From Octopus sinensis (lineage: Eukaryota), in contig NC_043004.1 of assembly GCF_006345805.1 (NCBI RefSeq), positions 95,914,001-95,978,000 on the forward strand: DNA of 64,000 nucleotides, read 5' to 3'. Shown here in pieces: positions 35,255-48,369 of the stretch. Position numbers and translations under genes: made by a program. The notes beneath the pieces were generated by a model that was given only the letters and a program-made list of their open reading frames with translations, was not told where the DNA came from and did no database searches. The stretch's first letter is position 1, and the number at the start of each line of letters is the position of its first letter.

Positions 35255-35665
35255 GTGGCCTTACTCTTTTACTCTTTTACTTGTTTCAGTCATTTGACTG
35301 CGGCCATGCTGGAGCACCGCCTTTAGTCGAGCAAATCGACCTCAGGACTTATTCTTTGTAAGCCTAGTACTTATTCTATCGGTCTCTTTTGCTGAACTGC
35401 TAAGTTACGGGGATGTAAACACACCAGCATCGGTTGTCAAGTGATGTTGGGGGGGACAAACACAGACACACAAACATATACACACACATACATATTATAT
35501 ATATATATATATATACGATGGGCTTCTTTCAGTTTCCGTCTACCAAATCTACTCGCAAGGCTTTGGTCAGCCCAAGGCTATATTCAAAGACACTTGCCCA
35601 AAGTGCCACACAGTGGGAATGAACCCGGTACCATGTGGTTGGTAAGCAAGCTACTTACCACACTG
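35255..35665 (-). mobile_element. SINE family B
   Basis: Near full-length reverse copy. Confidence 0.85.
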
Positions 35666-35944
35666 TTTTGGCTGCTGTTTTCTACAGTAGAAAATAGAAT
35701 TTCATGGAAGCACACTTCCTTCATTTCAGCCATTGCAAAAAAGGGGGAGAAGCAATACAAAACAAAGACACACCACGTGGCAGTACAACATTACTTGATG
35801 CTGCCGGTCAGCATGCTGATGCCTGAGGGTTGCAACAAGTGACTTCTGGTGGCAGAAGCCTAAACTACAATGGGCTTGTCCCACGGAGAACGTTCCTGGT
35901 TACTTTTGAGTACCTCTTTGTATGTGAGTATCTTTGTCTGCACA

Positions 35945-36190
35945 TGCAAATATATATTTCTTTACTACCCACAAGGGGCTAAACACAGGGGGGACAAACA
36001 AGGACAGACAAATGGATTAAGTCGAATTATATCGACCCCAGTGCGTAACTGGTACTTAATTTATCGACCCTGAAAGGATGAAAGGCAAAGTCGACCTTGG
36101 CGGAATTTGAACCCAGAACGTAACGGCAGACGAAATACGGCTACGCATTTCGCCCAGCGTGCTAATGATTCTGCCAGCTCGCCGCCTTTG
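35945..36190 (-). mobile_element. SINE family A
   Basis: Reverse complement of the 6611-6840 type. Confidence 0.85.
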
Positions 36191-36506
36191 CTGCACATGC
36201 AAATATATGTTTAATGACATTTCCTGTAAACAAACAGTCTGGTAGTTCAATACTTTTTATATTCAGCTACCAGATTATTTGTATATTTTGTACTTGAAGG
36301 TAGCAAAGTATTACAACAGTATTACAGTGCAACCTTTGCTTTTTTGTTATTGATATAAATTTGCTAGAGAAGTAGGGCAACACCTATAGCTCTTTTATAA
36401 GATCAGCAACACTGATTGAAGGAAGGCTGGTTGTTATCTTGGTTTTCAAGTGGTGATACATACAAATTTAACTGCTGAGTTGTAAGTACCTTACTGAAGT
36501 GAAAGC

Positions 36507-37386
36507 ATGTGGTGCAGTGGTTTGAATATTAAACTCATAATTGTTAGAACACAGGTTCAATTCTCATGCAGGGCAGAATGCTGTATTACTGAGTATGTGG
36601 TGCAGTGGTTTGAATATTAAACTCATAATTGTTAGAACACAGGTTCAGTTCTCATGCAGGGCAGCATGCTGTATCACTGAGTATGTGGTGCAGTGGTTTG
36701 AATATTAAACTCATAATTGTTAGGACACAGGTTCAGTTCTCATGCAGGGCAGCATGCTGTATCACTGAGTATGTGGTGCAGTGGTTTGAATATTAAACTC
36801 ATAATTGTTAGGACACAGGTTCAGTTCTCATGCAGGGCAGCATGCTGTATCACTGAGTATGTGGTGCAGTGGTTTGAATATTAAACTCATAATTGTTAGG
36901 ACACAGGTTCAGTTCTCATGCAGGGCAGCATGCTGTATCACTGAGTATGTGGTGCAGTGGTTTGAATATTAAACTCATAATTGTTAGGACACAGGTTCAG
37001 TTCTCATGCAGGGCAGCATGCTGTATCACCGAGTATGTGGTGCAGTGGTTTGAATATTAAACTCATAATTGTTAGAACACAGGTTCAGTTCTCATGCAGG
37101 GCAGCATGCTGTATCACTGAGTATGTGGTGCAGTGGTTTGAATATTAAACTCATAATTGTTAGAACACAGGTTCAGTTCTCATGCAGGGCAGCATGCTGT
37201 ATCACTGAGTATGTGGTGCAGTGGTTTGAATATTAAACTCATAATTGTTAGGACACAGGTTCAGTTCTCATGCAGGGCAGCATGCTGTATCACTGAGTAT
37301 GTGGTGCAGTGGTTTGAATATTAAACTCATAATTGTTAGGACACAGGTTCAGTTCTCATACAGGGCAGCATGCAGTATCATTGGGC
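36507..37386 (+). repeat. 10 x 88-bp tandem array of a tRNA-derived SINE head
   Basis: Units start at 36507, 36595, .. 37299. Each has A box TGGTGCAGTGG and B-box-like GGTTCAGTTCT. The last unit continues into the SINE body, to ~37480. Confidence 0.95.
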
Positions 37387-37550
37387 CGTGCACTTCATTT
37401 CACATTGGTTTAGTATTCTCATTTCACAATGAGTACCATAGATAGCTGGTAGGGGTGGGAAGGATTTAAACCTATGATTGACTGGAATTGCACTGAAGGG
37501 GTAAGTCCTGTATTCTCGGTTGCTTAACCCTTTTTATAGCACCCAGCTCC

Positions 37551-37770
37551 ACCCTTTAGCTTTCAGATTACTTGGTCAAATGCGATGTTTATTTACTCAG
37601 ATTGTTTTCAAATTATTCATTAATCATGCATTTTCTCATAGCTTCAAGATTTCGATAATGTGATCATTTATTTTTTAGATTGACCATAGAGGCCAGATCT
37701 GGCCAATTTACAAATATAACAAGCTGAATAGTTGAGCTGGATGTGGCCTGTTTAAATGCTAAAGAGTTAA
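37551..37770 (+). mobile_element. TTAA MITE, family CCCTTTAGCATT
   Basis: CCCTTTAGCTTTCAGATTAC..AAATGCTAAAGAG TTAA. Confidence 0.65.
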
Positions 37771-38370
37771 GACTGCCCTTGCTTCTATAATACAAACTTC
37801 ATGCTTTAATATTATCTAAGTAAAAAGACTTCCATCAAAGTTTCATGTATTAATAATGGCAGTTATTTAACCAAATTCTTCATTGTTTTCAAAATTAATT
37901 GAAGAAAGGCAGTGTATTTATATGGGGATATGGTATGAAAAGAAGGGTTTAAATGCCATAGGAAATGGGATAAGCTCTAACCTAATAGGCCTGTAAGCTC
38001 AAGAAAGATTTTAACTGTTACCTAACTTCATTGATGGACACATTGACATGCTGGTTAAAGGGTTTTAATCTGCCAATTTTTCACCTGTCAGTTTGTAGGT
38101 GAGTTTGTTGAATATCAATTTGGTTGCTGCGAGGAGCAGGGTAAAATAAAGAGCAGTTTACAGACCCTTCAAAACAATATAGATAAACTGGTGTTTCACC
38201 ATTAGTTTATCTACGCATACAAAAGAAATTGGCCAATAATTGAACACAACAATGTCTTAATATTCAGTGAAGGTAATTGTAGAATGAAAATATAGTTTTT
38301 TCTTTCACTCCTCATTGCTACCCAACTTATTGATACAAAACAAAGTACATTCTGACACAGAATGCAGTGA

Positions 38371-38785
38371 CAGGTATGTGGTGCAGTGGTTTGAACATTA
38401 ACCCTTTCGATACCGTATTTATTTTGAGATGCTCTGTTTTCAATCAATTAATTTTAAATATAACAAAGAATTTAGTAAAAGAACTTAGTTATCATTAAGC
38501 TAGTGTTATGAACATAAATTGCGACTAAGGTTTGGTGGAAGATTTTAATTGAAAACTTATGAAAACAAGACATTTGTACTACAGAGCCAGAGGCAGTTTT
38601 GGCCAGGTTGGTATCAAAAGGGTTAAACTTGTAATCGTTAGGATACTCTGGTTCAGTTCTCATACAGGGCAGCATGCTGTATCATTGAGCCATGCACCTC
38701 ATTTCACACTACTTTAGTGCTCTCATTTCCCAATGAGTACCATAGGTGGCTGGCGGGGGTGGGAAGGATTTAAACCTATGATTCT
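38371..38785 (+). mobile_element. Monomeric copy of the array SINE, interrupted by a MITE
   Basis: TATGTGGTGCAGTGGTTTGAACATTAA [MITE] ACTTGTAATCGTTAGG..GGAAGGATTTAAACCTATGATT. Confidence 0.85.
38402..38622. mobile_element. piggyBac-like MITE with TTAA TSD
   Basis: TTAA CCCTTTCGATACC..GGTATCAAAAGGG TTAA. Confidence 0.85.
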
Positions 38786-38867
38786 AAGTCAGAATGTAAT
38801 TAGTTCTGTATCAATAAATAAAACTTGTCACTGTTCTGTTTAACACCACAAGGTTCTAAAATAACTT

Positions 38868-39115
38868 TAATCCCTTAACATTTAAGCTGTCCATATCCAG
38901 CCGAAACATCCTAATGATTTTATGTTAAAACAGGCCACATCTGGTTTCACACTCTTACTCCTATCTTTAGAATGATTGCTCATTTTAAAGACAGGCAATC
39001 ATATAATCAAACTCTCAAAGCTATGAGTAATTCAAAATAATGGATAATTCAAAATAACTTGAATAAACAAGCATTACATTTGAGAGAGAGAGAGGAATTT
39101 GAATGCTAAAAGGTT
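38868..39115 (-). mobile_element. TTAA MITE, family CCCTTTAGCATT (degenerate)
   Basis: Ends TTTGAATGCTAAAAGGTTA; resembles 54315-54542. Confidence 0.55.
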
Positions 39116-39129
39116 ACAAAAGCTCACTC

Positions 39130-39542
39130 ACTTACTCTTTTACTTGTTTCAGTCATTTGACTGCGGCCATGCTGGAGCACTGCCTTTAGTCGAGCAAATC
39201 GACCCCAGGACTTATTCTTTGTAAGCCCAGTACTTATTCTATTGGTCTCTTTTGCTGAACCGCTAAGTGACGGGGACGTAAACACACCAGCATCGGTTGT
39301 CAAGCAATGCTAGGGGGACAAACACAGACACACAAACATACACACACACACACATATATATATATACATACATATATACGACGGGCTTCTTTCAGTTTCC
39401 GTCTACCAAATACACTCACAAGGCTTTGGTTTGACCCGAGGCTATAGTAGAAGACACTTGCCCAAGATGCCATGCAGTGGGACTGAACCCGGAACCATGT
39501 GGTTGGTAAGCAAGCTACTTACCACACAGCCACTCCTGCACC
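39130..39542 (-). mobile_element. SINE family B
   Basis: Near full-length reverse copy. Confidence 0.85.
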
Positions 39543-39893
39543 ACTAGCAAACATTCATTCCAAGTCTCTGGTTTGGTGACAAATTTGTTCCTCTCTACAC
39601 CCTCAAAGGCTGTAAGACGGGCCATGAGTACTGCCATGCCTCAGAAGCAATTAAAAAGAACCTCTGTGATAGAATCAGTTGCGTGTCAGACAAAATATTT
39701 TTTTGTAGTATTTGTCATAGATCTTTATACTCTGAGTTCAAATCCCACTGAAGTTAATCCTGGCTTTGATTCATTTGGAATTCAAAGTGAGGAAATACCT
39801 TTTAAGTACTGGGGTTGATATAATCGACTGTATTCCTTCCCCCAGCTTTCTGCCTTGTATCCACGTTAGAAATAATTACTATTGTTGCTGATG

Positions 39894-40279
39894 TGGAGGC
39901 ACAATGGCCCAGTGGGTAGGGCAGCAGACTCGCGGTCATAGGATCGCGGTTTCGATTCCCAGACCGGGCGTTGTGAGTGTTTATTGAGCAAAAACACCTA
40001 AAAGCTCCACGAGGCTCCGGCAGGGGATGGTGGTGATCCCTGCTGTACTCTTTCACCACAACTTTCTCTCACTCTTACTTCCTGTTTCTGTTGTACCTGT
40101 ATTTCAAAGGGCCGGCCTTGTCACTCTCTGTGTCACGCTGAATATCCCCGAGAACTACGTTAAGGGTACACGTGTCTGTGGAGTGCTCAGCCACTTACAC
40201 GTTAATTTCACGAGCAGGCTGTTCCGTTGATTCGGATCAACCGGAACCCTCATCGTCGTAACCGACAGAGTGCTTCCGC
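39894..40279 (+). mobile_element. tRNA-derived SINE (distinct family) with 13-bp TSD
   Basis: A box TGGCCCAGTGG, B box GGTTTCGATTCC; TSD ATTGTTGCTGATG at 39881-39893 and 40280-40292. Confidence 0.9.
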
Positions 40280-40517
40280 ATTGTTGCTGATGCAGATCTT
40301 CATTAACTTCCTCAAACACTGAATTTTATCCACTTATCTGTCAGCTCGGCATCCTTTTGAATCTGTCATTTGAGATTCTACTTATGTAATTATTCCCCCC
40401 TAATACACCAAAGCTTGTCAATTTGAAATGATGATAAAAATGAAACTCCTCTGTACAAAGAAGTCTCATAGATTATGTCTGTGTACCAAATTCTGCAATA
40501 TGAAAAAAAAAAAAAAA

Positions 40518-40581
40518 TCACCTGATGATGTCCAAGCAAATCAACAAATATACTTAGCAAGGATTGATAACCGGTGACTGA
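40518..40581 (+). ncRNA. Degenerate hammerhead-like motif
   Basis: TCAC CTGATGA TGTCC..GGAT TGATAA CCGG TG: core box 1 and ACCGGT palindrome retained. Confidence 0.35.
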
Positions 40582-41266
40582 TAAGATTTTTGTAAACATC
40601 AATTTGTCTGTTTACCCAAGATATCATATTTCATTTGGCATCTTTACAACAATTTAGGCTCCATGTATATTATTTGGGGCCGACTGGTCGTTTGTTATGG
40701 AGCATCCTTGCTATTGAATGGCTTCAGATATAAAAAGTATGTGTAAACATATTTACTCTAGTTTTTAGTGGTTTCTGTCAGTCTATAACATTCTGTTAAT
40801 ATTATAAAACACACAAAACGTGTGTGTGTGTCTGTGTGTGTGTGTGTGCGTGTGTGCGCGTGTGTGTGTGTGTGCACGTGTGTGTGTGTGTGTGCGCGCG
40901 TGTGTATGTGTGTGTGTGTGTGTGTATCACTGAGGGTCTAAACACTCACAGGTACATGCACATATGTGAATAGACATACACACACACATGCAAACACACA
41001 CACACACACACACAAGCACTAATATCAAATATGTTTAAATATAGATACATGTGTGTGTATGTATATGTGTGTGTATGTGTATGTGTGTATATATATATAT
41101 ATGTATATATATATGTGTGTGTGTGTATATATATATATATACATGCATATGTGTGTATATGTGTGTGTGTCTGTGTATAGATGTATATATCTATGTATAT
41201 ATGACAGAGAGATGGACGGATGGATGCTTTGAAAGACAGATAGAAACACACAAGAACACACACACG

Positions 41267-41300
<34 letters not shown>

Positions 41301-41469
41301 AGTTCAAACAGAATTTCTCAAAGAACATATAGATATAAGACAATGTGATAATTAAACCTTCAGTAATGAAGAGTGTGTGACCCGTAGGCTACCAGTGTGA
41401 TATAACCTACTACTGTCTCTTCTGCTGATGGTACAGCAGTCTTCTGTAAACTAGCAAGTTGTATTCCAT

Positions 41470-41990
41470 TATTACCACCACTTCTGTCGTCACCACCACC
41501 CCTATCACCACCACCACCACCACCATCACCACTGCATCACCAACCCAAACCACCACCACCACCACCACCACCACTACCACCATAACCACCACCACCACCA
41601 CCACCACCACCACTACCACCATCACCACCAGCACCAGCACCAGCACCAGCACCACCACCACTACCACCATCACCATCACCACCACCACCACCACCACCAC
41701 CACCACTACCACCATCACCATCACCACCAGCACCAGCACCAGCACCACACCACCACCACTACCACCATCACCATCACCACCAGCACCACCACCACCACCA
41801 CCATCATCACCACCACATCACTGACCCAAACCACCACCACAACAACTACCACAACCACCACCACCACCACCAACAACAACAATAACAACAACAACAACAA
41901 CAACAACACCACCATGACCACCACCACCACAACCACCACCAACAGCACCACCACGACCACGACTACTACATTGTTGAGAACGATGACCAC
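41470..41990. repeat. (CAC/CAA)n compound trinucleotide repeat
   Basis: Direct inspection. Confidence 0.95.
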
Positions 41991-42129
41991 AACAGCACTT
42001 CCACTGTCACAACCTCCACTGCCACGGCATTTATTAACTACATCACCGTAGCATTCTTCCTTCCTCTCTCAACATTCTTGCTCCGTTTCCTACTAAAACA
42101 CATTATTGCACTGAACAATTTTTGCTAAC

Positions 42130-42189
42130 CCTTCCTCCGTAGAACTGCAAAACCTCTGATTCCCCTCCTTGTTCAAGTTTTATTTCAAC
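42130..42189 (-). CDS. Candidate 60-nt phase-0 exon (VEIKLEQGGESEVLQFYGGR), product unknown
   Basis: Strong acceptor TTTTCATTTCAGACTTTTGCAG|, only frame 0 open, moderate donor AGG|GTTAGC. Confidence 0.35.
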
Positions 42190-42254
42190 CTGCAAAAGTC
42201 TGAAATGAAAATCAAATGCATCAATAATACCAGGCCATTATTATGTGTGTGGGC

Positions 42255-42880
42255 AAGGTGGTGAGCAGACAGAATCGTTAGCATGCCAAGCGAAATGCTT
42301 TGTGGTATTGCGTTTGTCTTTATATGTTCTGAGTTCAAATTCCACTGAGGTTGACTTTGCCTTTCATGCTTTCAGGGTCGATACATTAAGTACCAGTTGA
42401 GTACTCGGGGTGATGTAATCAACTGTCCTACTCTCCACAAAATCCAGGCCTTGTGCCTATAGTAGAAAGCTGGCAGAAACGTTAGCACTTCGAGCGAAAT
42501 GCTTAGCGGTATTTCATCAGCCGTTACGTTCTGAGTTCAAATTCTCCTGAGGTCGACTTTGCCTTTCATCCTTTCGGGGTCGATAAATTAAGTACCAGTT
42601 CCGCACTGGGGTCGATATAATCGAGTTAATACCTATGTCTGTCCTTGCTTGTCCCCTCTGTGTTTAGCCCCTTGTGGGTAATAAAGAAATAGGTATTTCA
42701 TCAGCTGTTACATTCTGAGTTCAAATTCTGCCAAGGTCGACTTTGCCTTTCATATTTTCCGAGTCGATAAATTAAGTACCAGTTACGCACTGGGGTCGAT
42801 GTAATTGACTTAATTCCATTGTCTGTCCTTGTTTGTTCCCTCTATGTTTAGCCCCTTGTGGGCAATAAAGAAATAAGAAA
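42255..42880 (+). mobile_element. Tandem family A SINEs with repeated core
   Basis: Three successive TTCTGAGTTCAAATT..AAGTACCAG cores. Confidence 0.85.
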
Positions 42881-43114
42881 TAATTATTATATGTGTGCTA
42901 TGGGCCTTGCAACCTTCCCCAGGATGAAATAATAAATAACCATTCTGTAAGACCGAACTAAACTGCAATAGTTACAATGAGCATCAAGACCACCAGATCA
43001 CATGAATTTGATCTTTGTTGATCTTGTCAATGAACGGCGAAGTCTATATAAAATACACATCATTATTTATAAGAAGTACCACATTTATTTAAATACTGAA
43101 AAATTAGTAACATA

Positions 43115-43540
43115 TTAGTAGGCACAGGAGTGGCTGCGTGGTAAGTAGATTGCTAACCAACCACATTGTTCCGGGTTCAGTCCCACTGCGTGGCATCTTG
43201 GGCAAGTGTGTTCTGCTATAGCCCCGGGCCGACCAATGCCTTGTGAGTGGATTTGGTAGACGGAAACTGAAAGAAGCCTGTCGTATATATATATATATAT
43301 ATATATGTATGCATGTGTGTGTTTGTGTGTTTGTGTTTGTCTCCCTAGCATTGCTTTACAACCGATGCTGGTGTGTTTACGTCCCCGCCACTTAGCGGTT
43401 CGGCAAAAAGAGACCGATAGAATAAGTACTGGGCTTACAAAGAATAAGTCCCGGGGTCGATTTACGCGACTAAAGGCGGTGCTCCAGCATGGCTGCAGTC
43501 AAATGACTGAAACAAGTAAAAGAGTAAAGAGTAAAGAGTA
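43115..43540 (+). mobile_element. SINE family B
   Basis: Full length with (TAAAAGAG)n tail. Confidence 0.9.
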
Positions 43541-44159
43541 ATATTTCATCCGCTTACATTTTTTTTCACACAGAATTACAAGTAGGATGCTTGAAATGAG
43601 GTGACTGAGTGTGGATGTTTGGATGCTGGCAATATGGCACAGCTGACTGGATGTTTGGCAATGTCCTTTTTGGTGACGGTACTTTTTAACACTGGAGGCA
43701 AACACACTCACACGAACATGTGCACAGAAATTTACACATACAGACAGAGTAAGTGAGTGAGAGAGAAAGGGAGAGAGAAAGGCAAGGGGGCAGAGGAAAA
43801 GACATTATTATTTAGTGATTGAATACAGTTTATATGAACACTTTCCATCTCATACACATCAAAAGAAATATGTTTACACACATAAATGGTGTGACAGAGA
43901 GAGGGAGAGAAAAGAGAGGGGGGGAGAGAAGGACAGACAGAGGGAGCGAGATGGAGAGGAGAGAGGCTATTAGAGAAAAGTGAAAAGGAAAGATTGCAAG
44001 TGACATTGAAACATCTGATGTACACAAATAAGCCGGCATTGAATCAGTGACACTAAACAGGTGGGGACAAAACAGTCATGCTGAAACATCTCATATCCTT
44101 CAATGTATTCTTAAGATTCTGACCTTGATATATTGTATGAAATTTCTCACGTTTATGGT

Positions 44160-44580
44160 ATACTCTTTACTCTTTTACTCTTTTACATGTTTCAGTCATT
44201 TGACTGCGGCCATGCTGGAGCACCGCCTTTAGTCGAGCAAATCGACCCTGGCACTCATTCTTTGTAAGCCCAGTACTTATTCTATCGGTCTCTTTTGCCG
44301 AACTGCTAAGTGACGGGGACGTAAACACACCAGCATCGGTTGTCAAGCAATGCTAGGGGTACAAAGACAGACACACAAACACACACACATGCATATACAT
44401 ATATATACATATATACGACAGGCTTCTTTCAGTTTCCGTCTACCAAATATACTCACAAGGCATTGGTCGGCCCGGGGCTATAGCAGAAGACACTTGCTCA
44501 AGATTCCACGCAGTGGGACTGAACCCGGAACCATGTGGTTGGTTAGCAAGCTACTTACCACACAGCCACTCCTGCACCTA
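44160..44580 (-). mobile_element. SINE family B
   Basis: Full-length reverse copy, inverted relative to 43115-43540. Confidence 0.9.
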
Positions 44581-44769
44581 TGAATAAATGTGAGCTCAAG
44601 TGCTCAGTCGTGAGCCTAATTTGTGATAATTGTGAGCTTAGAAATGAGCTCAAGTGAGCTCAATTTGTAACCAGGTTTCAATTTACAGATGTAGCTTTCC
44701 TAGGCATGGGTACTATGAAAAATCACTTCTCTATCTCGAGATACAATTCAGTTGGTGGCTTGTCTCTGT

Positions 44770-45180
44770 ATCTTCTATCTTTTACCTGTTTCAGTCATTG
44801 AACTGCAGCCATGCTGGGGCGCCACTTTGAAGAGTTTAAGTCAAACAAATCAACCTCAGGACTTAACTTTTTTGGAGCCTGGTACATAATCTATCGGTCT
44901 CTTTTGCTGAACCACTTAATTATGGGGATGTAAACACACCAACACTGGTTGTCCAGCAGTGAGGGAGAGAGGCAAACACAGACACAAAGTCAGACATGAA
45001 TAGATGCATACATACATATGATGGGCTTCTTTCAGTTTCTGTCAACCAAATCCACTTGCAAGTCTTTGGTCGGCCTGAGGTTATAGTAGAAGACAGTTGC
45101 CCAAGATGCCATGCAGTGGGATTGAACCTGAGCCCATGTGATTGAAAAGCAAGCTTCTTATCACACAGCCATGCCTGTTC
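44770..45180 (-). mobile_element. SINE family B (older, more diverged)
   Basis: Diverged reverse copy. Confidence 0.75.
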
Positions 45181-46174
45181 CTATGTATAACTATTTTTAA
45201 TAAAAGGGAAATAATTGATTTTTTCACATGCTCTGTGTGAGTGTGTGTGTACGCGCGTGTGTGTGTATGCATGTGCATGCTTGCATGTGTGTATGTGTGT
45301 CCTTGTGTTTGAGTGTGTGCATTGTGTCATAATGCGTTACCCACTAGAATTCTAAGACATATTAAGGACTAATTGCATTGATCTCATTACACTTTTCTTT
45401 GTTTTTTAGTTAGAGAAGGAATTTATATAAGGTAGAGTCTATCATTTAGAGATACACCCGCATTTAGTTAGGATCCTCATGAGTTTACATTCTTCTGGAG
45501 CTCACCTCTCTCATTCATTCTCCTCCCTAATATGTGTAGTTCCCTCAGTCATTCAGTACCCTTATTCATTCACTTCCATCATTCATTAGCTCCTTTATCA
45601 ATTCACCACTGCCAATAAGTTCAGCTCTCTCATTCATTCACTGCCCTAATTAGTCCATCTCCCTTATTCTATTCCCATCTCTCATTCATTCACTCCTCTC
45701 ATTTATTCACCTCTCTCGTCCATATAACTCCCTCGTTAGTTTAATCCCCTTGATGACTTGGAGAAACTGAGTTGGAGTTATATGTGGTGGTGGTGGTGGT
45801 GGTGGTGGTGGTGGTGGTGGTGGTGGTGGTGGTGGTGGTGGTGGTGGTGGTGAGGGTGGTAACACTGTTGCTTTGTTGGTAGTATTAAGCTGATGACTGA
45901 ATTAAACTCTTTTCTTATTGTTTGGCCCTAGTCAACATTAATTAAGCAGACCCATAATCAAAGGTGTCCCATCCATGAGTAGATTGTCTTCTTCAAGTAG
46001 TTGTAGAATTACATTATCTAATATGCCTTTCACTTATTTAAGACAGTAAAATCTATTTCAAGAGAGACTTGGTTGCTATTTCTAGCATTCACATAGAGGC
46101 TTCTTCATTGTCTCACATAGGCCCTTGCTATAACAAGTAGGAGGTAGGTGTTAGATTTATAAAATAATGAACTA

Positions 46175-46724
46175 TTGGGTTGTCCGGAAAGTTTGTGCCG
46201 ATATATTGTAGCTTATCTTTCGACTTATTTTGGAACATGGTTGAGTCCATAAAATAGGATTTGACTACACCTCCATTTAGAGCACAGCTTAAGCTACCTT
46301 TTCGTGGAAGAAGTTTTATGTTCCTATAACCTGTGTTAATTCTGTAACCCTTTAAAGTGAAAGATAAGAAAGTTCATTTTCAGCACTTGATGCTTTGGGA
46401 ACCAGACAAAAATTACTGCAGCTCAGCTGGGATGTGTTACTCCACCCTCCATATTCACCAGATATTGCTCTTTTGGATTTCTGCAGAATAGTCTTAGGGG
46501 TAAAAATTTCAATTCCTTGGATGACGTAAAAAGATACCTTGATGAATTCTTTGCCATGAAACCACCTCAATTCTGGGAAGAGGGTATTTTCAAGTTAAAG
46601 GAAAGATGGAGACGCATTGTGCAACAAAATGGTTCATATTTTGTTGATTAATAATATAATGGCAAGTATTTACTGACCTTCTTCTTTCTTTTAAAAATCG
46701 GCAGGAATTTCCTGGACAACCCAA
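46175..46724 (+). mobile_element. Internally deleted mariner with both TIRs and TA TSD
   Basis: TA TTGGGTTGTCCGGAAAG..CCTGGACAACCCAA TA; encodes HPPYSPDIA..LDDVKRYLDEFFAMKPPQFWEEGIFKLKERWRRIVQQNGSYFVD*. Confidence 0.9.
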
Positions 46725-47281
46725 TAGTATGGAGAATGTGAACTTAAACTCTGAACAAACATTGATTTTTTACATAAAATCCAATTCAGTGCACATTTTA
46801 TAGTCAGTTGTTTTGCAACTTTGTGGCTTTCATTCATTTTGTTTTTGAAGAGTCGATACAAATGCTGCAATGCTCAGATATGAAAGTAGCATGCCAGCAT
46901 GGAAGGCAGACATTAAATAATGCTGACCCTGTCAGTGCAAATGCCACTTAAAAAGCGCCCAGTCCACACTGTAAAGTGGTTGGCATTTGGAAGGGCATCC
47001 AACAGTAAAAACCACACCAAAATTGACCTCTCTTGTGTGAGTGCCACATAAAACACCCTCAACCCACTCTATGTAGTGGCTGGTGTAGGAAGGGCATCCA
47101 GTTGTAAAATCATGCCAAATCAAACAGAAGCATGGCACAAGTTTCTGCCTGGCCAGCTCCTGTCAAACTGTCCAACCCAAGTCAGCATGGAAAGAGGATG
47201 TTAAATGATGATGATAATGATATTAAACCTGGCACATTGTGAGTCATGTTTCTGCTCACTGAAAACACAATGCTCTATTAA

Positions 47282-47491
47282 CCCTTTCATTACTGTATTT
47301 CTCTTGAGATGCTCTGTGTTTCTTTCAATTACATTAAATATAGCTAAGAATTTAGTAAAATGATTTAGTTATCATTAAGCTAGTGTTAGGAACATAAATT
47401 GTGACTAAGGTTTGGAGGAAGATTTTAATTCAAAACAAGACATTTGTACTCAGAGCCAGAGGTGGTTTCAGCCGTGTTGGTAATGAAAGGG
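47282..47491. mobile_element. piggyBac-like MITE with TTAA TSD (same family as 38402-38622)
   Basis: TTAA CCCTTTCATTAC..GTAATGAAAGGG TTAA; empty paralogous site at 55754-55757. Confidence 0.9.
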
Positions 47492-48323
47492 TTAATACAT
47501 TAAACCTAGCAATGTTCTGAAAAAAGTGTTTAAAATATGTCTTGGATATTAAATGTCTAAGAGACAAATCACAACCACTCCAAACAGCCAAAGCCCCCAT
47601 TTAAAAGGTGGCCCTATTGCTCAAGTTGAGAACCACAGCAATAAAGTGGATATAAGTGCTGTAATACTCAGATATGAAAGAAGGACTTAAACATGATACA
47701 ACACAGTTCCGAATGTAATGTTCTAACACTCTACTAAGCTAACCAGTCAGCTTTCCAATTCTATTGATTGTGGCACATAAAAAGTCTTTTCTGTTATCCG
47801 CCTCCAATGTTTATCCTTCAGATTAGCGGTTGCTGATTAAATTCCCGGTCTATGCATCAATTGTTAATTTACCACTAAAACCTCGCCATACCGTTTTCCC
47901 CACCTCTCCTGTTTATCCTGCAAGATAATTCCATTCCATCATATTCTATGCATTAGTTGCATCAAAAGAGACGCATCTTTAGTTATTGTTGATATTTACA
48001 AAAACTCTCTTTTTTTCTCTCTCTTTTTTTTTTTTTTAATATTTTGTCCTTTTGCCTAATTTCTGAAAAAGCCATTACTGTCAATTGTTCATTAGTTATT
48101 AATTGCTTTACATTCAGATATTTTGTTCTTCAAAGCAAGCTCTCTAGTCATCGCAGAACATTGCTTTTATTTAATTGTGTTTATACCATGTATGAAGTGT
48201 ATTCTATATAGCTAGTATATGTTACAAGAACTGTAGGATCTCACTGCCAATTTCTTTCATATAGATTTTTAACAAGCTCATATACTCATCTTTCAGTATT
48301 ACTCACATTTGGGATTTTAAATA

Positions 48324-48369
<46 letters not shown>

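Noticed and set aside
36507-37386. CRISPR-like regular array, or tandem tRNA-Met genes
   Set aside because: The units are near-identical with no unique spacers, and the context is eukaryotic. No complete cloverleaf forms, and the unit is the head of a SINE also present as a monomer.
41459-41824. Thr/Pro-rich mucin-like ORF (and the poly-Val/Met/His ORFs at 20505-20968)
   Set aside because: Pure trinucleotide repeat with no splice signals or non-repetitive coding context.
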